Assembly: GCF_000012925.1 (NCBI RefSeq)
Contig: NC_007517.1
Location: 3,930,001-3,962,000 of the forward strand
Direction of reading: 5' to 3'
Length of the DNA: 32,000 bases
DNA from: Geobacter metallireducens GS-15
Lineage (GTDB): Bacteria > Desulfobacterota > Desulfuromonadia > Geobacterales > Geobacteraceae
Shown: piece after piece, positions 6,399 through 13,820 of the stretch
Position numbering within the stretch: the stretch's first letter is position 1
How the letters are laid out: every line of letters starts with the position of its first letter
Program-made: the position numbers and the translations under genes
The notes under the pieces: model-generated
What the model saw: only the letters and a program-made list of their open reading frames with translations
The model's database searches: none
What the model was told of the DNA's origin: nothing

Positions 6399-6752
6399 AT
6401 GTTCAACAAAATCATAGCCGTTTTGCTCATCATGGCCGTCATCACCATTGCCGGCAACGGGCTTTGTTTCGCGCAGGATAACGACCATTGCCCCCAGGCA
6501 TCCTGCGCCAAGGCCGGGACGGTTCTGAAGGCGGATTGCGGAGACGCAAGCCCCTGCTGTCCCGATGATGGCGGGGATACCGAGGGGCACTGCCACTGCT
6601 GTCTCTCCTGCCCGTGCCACGCCCCGCTGAACAGCCAGCCCCCCCTGATTTCCTATTCGCCTCTTGTCATCAGCTTGTCGTTCCTCGAACACCTCAACGC
6701 GCCACCGGACGTGTACCGCTCCATCTTTGTCCCTCCCCAGATACAAGCCTGA
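6399..6752 (+). CDS. Cys/His-rich secreted protein, first gene of the RND efflux operon
   Basis: MFNKIIAVLLIMAVITIAGNGLCFA is a Sec-type signal. The mature part carries 10 Cys and 5 His (DHCPQASC, ADCGDASPCCPDD, GHCHCCLSCPCHAP) and ends in a Pro-rich tail (PPDVYRSIFVPPQ). The SD is weak and the start is uncertain (ATG 6366 is also possible). Confidence 0.55.
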   Translation: MFNKIIAVLLIMAVITIAGNGLCFAQDNDHCPQASCAKAGTVLKADCGDASPCCPDDGGDTEGHCHCCLSCPCHAPLNSQPPLISYSPLVISLSFLEHLNAPPDVYRSIFVPPQIQA

Positions 6753-6874
6753 TCCGCTGAAGCAACGGCCCCGCAGCCGTGGGGAATTCGTGCGCCCTTA
6801 GTCCGAATTTCCACCCTTCAGCGCCACTCTGTCACCCACAATTCAACCCAGCAAATCAGCAAGGAGGTGCTGTC

Positions 6875-8182
6875 TTGTCGCGAGCGTATCGTTTCGTGCC
6901 CGGAGCGGTCCATCTGCTCCTGGCGTCATTGGTTCTTTCCCCCCAGGGAGCCTCGGGTGAAATGCACTCGCTGACCCTGCCGCAGGCTGTGGAGTATGCC
7001 CTCGTCAACAACGGCGAGCTGAAGGCGCTGCGCGCCGAAAAGGAGGTGGCCCGGGCCGGGCTGGAGCGGGCCGCGCTCTTTCCCAACCCCACCCTGGAGT
7101 TGTCCGGAGATACCGGTGCCCTGACCGGCAGTTCCGGCGAGAACGTCGTCTCAATCGGCCTTTCCCAGGAATTCCTCACCGGCGGCAAGCGGGCAAAGCG
7201 CCGGGCCGTCGCCGAGGTGGAGGCGGAGGAGGTCCGCCAGCAGATTGCCGACCGGGAAAGAACCCTTGCCCTGGAGGTGAAGAGCACGTTTGCCGAGTTC
7301 ATGCTGGCCCACAAAAGGCGGGAGCTGGCCCAGCGGGCCGTGGAACTGAACGGGAAGCTGCTGGAGATAACGCGGGAGCGCCTGGCAGCCGGGGATATCC
7401 CGGAGCTTGAGGTGAATCTCGCCCAGGTGGAGCTGGCTCGGAGCGAAGGGCGAAAAATCGAGACCGTGCGCGGGCTCAGCCCCCTTCTGGCCCGACTGCT
7501 GACCCTCCTGGGGCTCCCGACAGGGGATGAGGTCAATTTAGCCGACTCTCCCGAACGGCAGCCCGTAACTATCCCCCCCGATGAGCTCACCCGCCTCGCC
7601 CTGGAAAACCGCCCCGACCTGAAGGCGCTCCAGGCTGCCCACGACAGGGGGGACGCCGCGGTGGAACTGGCCGAGGCGGAGCGCATCCCGAATGTGATTG
7701 TTGGAGTCGGCTACACCCACGAGCAACGGGTGGACGCCACCGGCGTCGGAGAAGAAAAGACCCGCGACAACCTCCTGGGAATGAAACTTTCCATCCCGCT
7801 CCCCGTATTCGACCGGAACCAGGCCGGCATCCTCGAAGCCCGGGCCAGGGCGCAGAGCGCCGGGAACCGGCTGGAGTTCGCCCGCACGGGCGTGGCCCGG
7901 GAGATCGACGGGGACTATGCCCGGCTGGCGACGGCGGACAAGGCCCTCGACCTCTATACCGGCGGCATCCTCCCCCAGTTGGAGGAGAACCTGAAGATCA
8001 TCCAGGAGGCCTACCAGCTGGGCGAGGTGGGGATCCTCTCAGTCATCGAGGAACAGAAGAAATACATTGAGGTCCACGACGGCTACCTCGCCGCCCTTGC
8101 CGACCGGCAGACCGCCCTGGCGCGGCTCGAAGCCTCGGTGGGGGTCGATTTCCAGAACAAGACCAGCGGAGGTGCGCAGTGA
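6875..8182 (+). CDS. TolC-family outer membrane efflux protein (CzcC/CusC-like)
   Basis: LTLPQAVEYALVNNGELKALRAE..., with the two-repeat OEP architecture. TTG start at 6875, 7 nt after AAGGAGG (6861-6867). The upstream part of the ORF has no signal-like sequence. Confidence 0.85.
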   Translation: MSRAYRFVPGAVHLLLASLVLSPQGASGEMHSLTLPQAVEYALVNNGELKALRAEKEVARAGLERAALFPNPTLELSGDTGALTGSSGENVVSIGLSQEFLTGGKRAKRRAVAEVEAEEVRQQIADRERTLALEVKSTFAEFMLAHKRRELAQRAVELNGKLLEITRERLAAGDIPELEVNLAQVELARSEGRKIETVRGLSPLLARLLTLLGLPTGDEVNLADSPERQPVTIPPDELTRLALENRPDLKALQAAHDRGDAAVELAEAERIPNVIVGVGYTHEQRVDATGVGEEKTRDNLLGMKLSIPLPVFDRNQAGILEARARAQSAGNRLEFARTGVAREIDGDYARLATADKALDLYTGGILPQLEENLKIIQEAYQLGEVGILSVIEEQKKYIEVHDGYLAALADRQTALARLEASVGVDFQNKTSGGAQ

Positions 8183-9453
8183 ACAGGAAAAACGGAATCA
8201 TAATCGGCATCATCCTGGCCATGGCCGTCGGCGGTGCCTTTGTCTATCGCTCTACCCATGTGAAAGGGGGCGCCGGCGAGCACGCCGAAACGAAGGAGGC
8301 CGGCCATACGGATGAAAAGGGAGGCCACGAAGAGGGGAAGCACGAGGGAGAGAAGGAAGGTCATGAAGGCCATGATGAGCATGGGGAAGAAGGGACGATC
8401 AAGATGACCGCCGAGGTGCAGAAGCAGAACGGCGTGGCCGTTGCTCCGGCCCAAAAACAGCGGCTCGCCGGCGCGATCAGCGCCACCGGCAAGGTGGAGG
8501 CCAATGCCGACCGGATCGCCCATGTCTCGCCGCGCATCTCCGGCAAGATCGTCAGCGTCCGGGCCTCCCTCGGAGACGGCGTCGCCGCCGGGCAGCCCCT
8601 GGTGACCCTGGACAGCGTCGAACTGGGTGAGGCCCTGAACCGCTACCACCAGTCAAAGACACGGCTCGCCCTGGCCCAGTCCAATATGGACCGGATCAAG
8701 GCGCTGGTGGAGAAGAAGATTGCAGCCCGCAAGGACATCCTCCAGGCGGAGACCGACTACAAGATGGCGCAGACGGAACTCCATACCGATGAAGAACGCC
8801 TCTCCCTCTATGGCGTTTCAACCTCTGACCTCGGAAAGGCAAACCACCGGAAGCCGCTCCTGCCGGTCCGCTCCCCCATCGGCGGCATCATCACCGAAAA
8901 ACACGCCATCGTCGGCGAGCTGGCCGACCCATCCAAGAGCCTCTACACCGTGGCTGACCTTTCGTCGGTCTGGGTGATGGTGGACATCAACGAAAAAGAT
9001 CTGGTCAAGATTCACCGGGGGCAGACTGCCGCCGTCACCGTCAGCGCCTTTCCCGACCTGAAACTGAAGGGGCGGATCACCTACATCGCCGACCTGGTTG
9101 ACGAATCAACCCGCACGGTCAAGGCCCGGGTCGAGGTGGCCAATCCGGGGCGGAAGCTGAAGCCGGAGATGTTCGCCACTATTGAGTTGACGCTGGCGGC
9201 CGACGCGCCGCCGGTCCTGGCCGTCCCCGAGGATGCCCTGCAGGACCTGGACGGGAAAAAGGTGCTCTTCATCGCGGAGAAGGACTCCGAATTCGCTGCC
9301 CGTCCCGTGCAGACCGGCCGGGCGGCCGGCGGTCTGGTGGAGATCGTTTCCGGTCTGAAGGAGGGTGAGAACTACGCCGTCAAGGGCTCGTTCATCCTCA
9401 AGTCGGAGATCAAGAAGGGTGAGATGACCGACGAGCACGGCCACGGCAAATGA
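8179..9453 (+). CDS. RND efflux periplasmic adaptor (CzcB/CusB-like) with His-rich termini
   Basis: GTG start overlapping the upstream stop (GTGA). An N-terminal anchor is followed by HAETKEAGHTDEKGGHEEGKHEGEKEGHEGHDEHGEEG. Lipoyl/beta-barrel adaptor motifs are present (VSPRISGKIVSV, VRSPIGGIITE), and the C-terminus is DEHGHGK. Confidence 0.9.
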   Translation: MNRKNGIIIGIILAMAVGGAFVYRSTHVKGGAGEHAETKEAGHTDEKGGHEEGKHEGEKEGHEGHDEHGEEGTIKMTAEVQKQNGVAVAPAQKQRLAGAISATGKVEANADRIAHVSPRISGKIVSVRASLGDGVAAGQPLVTLDSVELGEALNRYHQSKTRLALAQSNMDRIKALVEKKIAARKDILQAETDYKMAQTELHTDEERLSLYGVSTSDLGKANHRKPLLPVRSPIGGIITEKHAIVGELADPSKSLYTVADLSSVWVMVDINEKDLVKIHRGQTAAVTVSAFPDLKLKGRITYIADLVDESTRTVKARVEVANPGRKLKPEMFATIELTLAADAPPVLAVPEDALQDLDGKKVLFIAEKDSEFAARPVQTGRAAGGLVEIVSGLKEGENYAVKGSFILKSEIKKGEMTDEHGHGK

Positions 9454-9458
9454 TAATA

Positions 9459-9560
9459 CCCTCTCCCTATGGGAGAGGGCTAGGGTGAGGGGGATATGTT
9501 GCTGCCTCCCTGTTTTCCCCTCATCCGGCCTTCGGCCACCTTCTCCCATGGGGAGAAGGT
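9459..9560. repeat. structured REP-like intergenic repeat, copy 2 (adaptor-pump spacer)
   Basis: It has the same two conserved modules as 148-247 but lacks the CTGATTGGCA terminal repeats. It fills most of the 132-nt spacer between the adaptor and RND pump genes. Hairpins are CCCTCTCCC-tat-GGGAGAGGG and CCTTCTCCC-atg-GGGAGAAGG. Confidence 0.8.
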
Positions 9561-9585
9561 GTTACGACTACAGGAGATACAGTTC

Positions 9586-12500
9586 ATGCTGGAAAAACTC
9601 ATTGCCTATACGTTGCGGCAGAAAGGAATGATCATCTTCCTGGCGCTGCTGATTATCGTCGCGGGACTGTATTCGTACGCGAGACTCCCCATCGACGCCT
9701 TTCCCGACGTGACCAACATCCAGGTGGAGGTTGTCAGCCACGCCGACGGCCTGTCGGCCATCGAAATTGAGAGGAACGTCACCTACCCCATCGAGATGGC
9801 CATGCGGGGGCTCCCCGACATTGAACAGATGCGCTCGGTCACCAAATTCGGCCTCTCCATCGTCACCATCGTCTTCAAGGACAACGTGGATATCTACTTC
9901 GCCCGGCAGCTGGTGTTTGAGCGACTGGCAGAGGCCCGGGAGAAGGTGCCGAAGGGAGTCGAGGTCGCCATGGGGCCCATCGGCACCGCCATGGGGGAGA
10001 TCTACCAGTACACCCTGGAAGGAAAGATGCCCCAGGATCCGCAGCAGAAGACGGCCTACCTGACCAACCTGCGGACCGTCCAGGAATGGATCGTGACCCC
10101 GCAGCTGAAGAACGTGGCCGGGGTGAACGAGATCAACTCCTTCGGCGGCTATTTCAAGCAGTACCAGGTGCTCGTGGCGCCGGAAAAGCTCCTGAAGTAC
10201 GGCATCACCGTGGATGACGTCTACACCGCCATCGGCAGCAACAACGAGAACGTGGGGGGCAACCTCCTGGAGCGGGGGACGGACCAGTACATCGTCCGCG
10301 GCGTCGGCCTGATCAAGGATGTGGGGGACATCGAGAACATTGTCCTCAGGTCGGCGGGGGGGACCCCCACCTACATCCGCGACGTGGCCCAGGTGAAGGT
10401 GGGTGAGGCGGTCCGCATGGGGGCCGCCATGAAGGACGGCAAGGATGAGTGCGTCGGCGGCATCGTCATGATGCTGCGGGGCGAGAACAGCCGCGACGTG
10501 GTGCGCCGGGTTGCGGAAAAAGTGAAGGAAATCAACGAGAACAACGTCCTGCCGGAAGGGATCAAGATCGTTCCCTATTACGACCGGAGCGACATCGTCA
10601 AGGCCAGCGTCGGCACGGTCAACAAGGCGCTCATCGAAGGTTCTATCCTGGTCCTGATCGTTCTCTATCTGCTCCTGAACAGCATCCGGGGGAGCATCGT
10701 AGTCCTGATCGCCCTCCCCCTCTCCCTCCTGGCGACGTTCGTCGTGATGAAGCTCTCGGGAATCAGCGCCAACCTCATGTCGCTGGGGGGCCTGGCCATC
10801 TCCATCGGGATGATCATCGACACCACCATCATCCAGGTGGAGAACGTGCAGCGGCACCTAAGCGAAGAAGGGGAACGCCATCCCAAACTGGTGACGGTGC
10901 TGAAGGCGGTCATGGAGGTGCGCAAACCGAGTATCTTCGGCGAAATGATCATCGCTATCACCTTCATCCCGATCCTGGCTCTGGAGGGGATCGAAGGGAA
11001 GATGTTCGGCCCCCTGGCCATCACCGTGGCCATTGCCCTCCTGGCGTCCCTGCTCCTTTCCATTTTCATCATCCCAGTGCTCTGCAGCCTCTTCCTGAAG
11101 CCGGATCCGGAAAAGGAGAGCGTCATCATGCAGCGGGCCCACCGGCTCTACGAGCCGCTCCTCGACTACGCCATGAACAAGCGGCGCGTGGTGCTCGGGG
11201 TGGCCGGAACGCTCCTGGTGGTCTCCCTCGTCATGGTGACCCGGCTCGGGACGGAGTTCATCCCTACCATGGATGAAGGCTCCTTCGACATGGATGTCTC
11301 CCTGCTCCCCGGTGTTTCCCTGGCCAAGGCCATGGAGGTCAACCAGCGGGTTGCAGAGAAACTGAAGCAGTTCCCCGAGCTGGGAACGGTGGTGTCGCGG
11401 ACCGGCCAGACCGGCGTGGCCCTGGACACCAGGGGGTCGGACAAGACCGGCTACGTGGGGATCTTCAAGCCGAAGGACGAATGGCCGCGGGACATCTCCA
11501 AGGAAGAGCTCACCAACGAGATGCGCGAGTCCCTGGAGTCCATCGCCGGCATCACCTTCGGCTTCAGCCAGCCTATCCAGTGCCGCATCGACGAGCTGGT
11601 GGCCGGAACCCGGGCGCAGCTGATCCTCAAGCTCTTCGGCGACGACATCGACGTGCTCAGTGCAAAGTCCCAGGAGATCGCCAAGGTCCTCTCCACCATC
11701 AGGGGCGGCACCGACCTGAACGCCGAAAAGGTCTCCGGACAGCCCTACCTGACCGTCAACATCGACCGGGCAAAAATCGCCCGCTACGGCCTCAACATCA
11801 GCGACGTGCAGAAGGTGATCGAAATCGCCGTTGCCGGCAAGGCGGCATCGCAGCTCTACGAGGAGAACCGCAGCTTCGACATCACGGTGCGTCTGCCGGA
11901 GGAGAAGCGCAACTCCCTGGACGCCATCAACAACCTGATCATCACCACGAAGACCGGGGTCAACGTCCCCCTCCAGCAGCTGGCCGAGGTGAAGATGATC
12001 GAAGGCCCGGTGCAGATCAGCCGCCAGGACGGGGTGCGCCGCATCGGGATCGAGATGAACATCACCGGCCGGGACATCGGCAGCTTCGTTTCCGAGGCGA
12101 AGCAGAAGATCAGGGAAGAAGTGAAGCTCCCCCCCGGTTACTACCTCACCTGGGGCGGGCAGTTCGAGAACCAGCAGCGGGCCATGAAGAAGCTGATGAT
12201 CATCGGACCGGTGGCCATCGGCCTGATCCTGCTCCTCCTCTACGTCACCTTCCGTTCGATCCGCCTGGCGTTCCTGGTCATCGCCAACCTCCCCTTTGCC
12301 CTGATCGGCGGGGTATTCGCGCTCTTCATCTCCGGGCAGTACCTGTCGGTGCCGGCCTCGGTGGGGTTCGTGGTCCTCTTCGGCGTTGCCGTCCTGAACG
12401 GCCTCGTGCTGGTGTCACGGATCTCACAACTGCGGGAGGAGGGGCTGGAACTGGAGGAGGCCATCCGCAAAGGTGCCGCCGACCGACTGCGGCCAGTGCT

Positions 12501-12690
12501 GATGACCGCCTCCATCGCCATCTTCAGCCTGATCCCCATGCTCCTGGCCGGCGGCACCGGCTCGGAGATTCAGAAACCGCTGGCAACGGTTGTCGTGGGC
12601 GGACTGGTGACGTCCACCCTGCTGACGCTTCTGGTCATTCCGTCGGTGTATGGCTGGTTTGAAAAGAGGAAGGTGGAGGAAGAGGTATGA
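9586..12690 (+). CDS. CusA/CzcA-family heavy-metal efflux RND transporter
   Basis: 1034 aa from MLEKLIAYTLRQKGMIIFLALLII, with AGGAGA upstream. It has 12-TM RND topology and the TM4 motif GGLAISIGMIIDTTIIQVEN. The longer ORF start at 9496 lies inside the repeat and was rejected. Confidence 0.9.
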   Translation: MLEKLIAYTLRQKGMIIFLALLIIVAGLYSYARLPIDAFPDVTNIQVEVVSHADGLSAIEIERNVTYPIEMAMRGLPDIEQMRSVTKFGLSIVTIVFKDNVDIYFARQLVFERLAEAREKVPKGVEVAMGPIGTAMGEIYQYTLEGKMPQDPQQKTAYLTNLRTVQEWIVTPQLKNVAGVNEINSFGGYFKQYQVLVAPEKLLKYGITVDDVYTAIGSNNENVGGNLLERGTDQYIVRGVGLIKDVGDIENIVLRSAGGTPTYIRDVAQVKVGEAVRMGAAMKDGKDECVGGIVMMLRGENSRDVVRRVAEKVKEINENNVLPEGIKIVPYYDRSDIVKASVGTVNKALIEGSILVLIVLYLLLNSIRGSIVVLIALPLSLLATFVVMKLSGISANLMSLGGLAISIGMIIDTTIIQVENVQRHLSEEGERHPKLVTVLKAVMEVRKPSIFGEMIIAITFIPILALEGIEGKMFGPLAITVAIALLASLLLSIFIIPVLCSLFLKPDPEKESVIMQRAHRLYEPLLDYAMNKRRVVLGVAGTLLVVSLVMVTRLGTEFIPTMDEGSFDMDVSLLPGVSLAKAMEVNQRVAEKLKQFPELGTVVSRTGQTGVALDTRGSDKTGYVGIFKPKDEWPRDISKEELTNEMRESLESIAGITFGFSQPIQCRIDELVAGTRAQLILKLFGDDIDVLSAKSQEIAKVLSTIRGGTDLNAEKVSGQPYLTVNIDRAKIARYGLNISDVQKVIEIAVAGKAASQLYEENRSFDITVRLPEEKRNSLDAINNLIITTKTGVNVPLQQLAEVKMIEGPVQISRQDGVRRIGIEMNITGRDIGSFVSEAKQKIREEVKLPPGYYLTWGGQFENQQRAMKKLMIIGPVAIGLILLLLYVTFRSIRLAFLVIANLPFALIGGVFALFISGQYLSVPASVGFVVLFGVAVLNGLVLVSRISQLREEGLELEEAIRKGAADRLRPVLMTASIAIFSLIPMLLAGGTGSEIQKPLATVVVGGLVTSTLLTLLVIPSVYGWFEKRKVEEEV

Positions 12691-13280
12691 ACCGGATCAC
12701 CATGACCGTGCTGGCCGTCGTCACCCTTGCCATCCTTGGCGGTTGCGCGGGGACTGCCGAACTGGCACGAACCGCTGCCATCGCCACGCGGCAGGATGTT
12801 TTTGTCGAAAAAGCGCAGGGGCAGTCTCTACCGCCGGGCTATGCCGAGCTTCGGGTTGTGTCGTCCCTGAAGACCCATGGGCCGGAAATCTATTCACGCA
12901 GAGACGTCCACGGCACCCCGGAATACAAACTGCTGTTGAACATCGGGGGGCAGACTGCGGAGCTTTCAGGCGATCCCCGCCCGGAGCGCAGCGAGCCCCT
13001 CGGACTCCGCGACCCGGAGGCCGGCGAGGGGATGAGGTACCGGTTCACGCAGACCCTGTATGTCAAGGCGGGCACCCACCACATGGTGGTTGCCCTCCCC
13101 GCCGACAACGTCGCCACCGAGCGGGAGATCATCCTCCCCGAGGGGAGCAGCACCACCATCGTGTTGGAGCCGGGATACGGTACAGCATCCCCCCGAAGGC
13201 GTCCTTCGTCCTACACCGTAACCGATTTCAGGGAAGGGATCCGCGCCCTGCGCGTAGTGCTCAATGACGAGACCATTTAA
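12687..13280 (+). CDS. lipoprotein of unknown function, translationally coupled to the RND pump
   Basis: The ATG overlaps the pump stop (ATGA). MNRITMTVLAVVTLAILGGCAG contains a lipobox (LGGC). I recognise no domain. Confidence 0.65.
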   Translation: MNRITMTVLAVVTLAILGGCAGTAELARTAAIATRQDVFVEKAQGQSLPPGYAELRVVSSLKTHGPEIYSRRDVHGTPEYKLLLNIGGQTAELSGDPRPERSEPLGLRDPEAGEGMRYRFTQTLYVKAGTHHMVVALPADNVATEREIILPEGSSTTIVLEPGYGTASPRRRPSSYTVTDFREGIRALRVVLNDETI

Positions 13281-13291
13281 GGCGCGGGAAC

Positions 13292-13621
13292 TCAGTGGGT
13301 CCAGTCGATGATCCGGGTCTCGGGACCGACCTTTTTCTCCACGGCGCCCTTGATGGCGGCGAAATGGGGGCAGGGATACCCGATGGGATTGCCATTTTTC
13401 ATGCAGGAGGCGAACACGATCGCCTCCGCTCCGCGCTCGACCATCATCTTGGCCCTGGTCACGGCTTTTTTGCCGGAGCAGCCGCCGCACGAAAGAAACC
13501 CGATGATCTCCACCGGCCCGGTTTCCGCAAAGGCCAGGCTCCCCTCACGGGCGACCTTGAAATCGGTGCTCCCCGGACACATATCCTCGGTCAGCTGACA
13601 CCGGATGATTCCCACTTTCAT
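13292..13621 (-). CDS. CGGC-domain protein
   Basis: MKVGIIRCQLTEDMCPG...FLSCGGCSGKK...FASCMKNG...YPCPHF matches the CGGC domain signature. SD GGGAGGA. Confidence 0.75.
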   Translation of the reverse strand: MKVGIIRCQLTEDMCPGSTDFKVAREGSLAFAETGPVEIIGFLSCGGCSGKKAVTRAKMMVERGAEAIVFASCMKNGNPIGYPCPHFAAIKGAVEKKVGPETRIIDWTH

Positions 13622-13820
13622 CGCTGCGTTCCTCCCTCTCGTTTTTCTGCTCGAATGACTACACCAGCCGGAACCATATAAGGCTTCCCTCCCGTTGCAT
13701 CGTCGCCATGCAGGATTACAATGGTTGTACCCTTTTATAGCATCTCACCGGGTTTTTTAAAAAGACAGACTACGCGACACCACGAGCTTCGCCCCGGTGG
13801 CCCTCACGAAGGAGCACAGC

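Noticed and set aside
9496-9585. N-terminal extension of the RND pump ORF (MLLPPCFPLIRPSATFSHGEKV...).
   Set aside because: It is encoded by the intergenic repeat element. The canonical RND N-terminus (MLEKLIAYTLRQ) starts at 9586 with its own SD.
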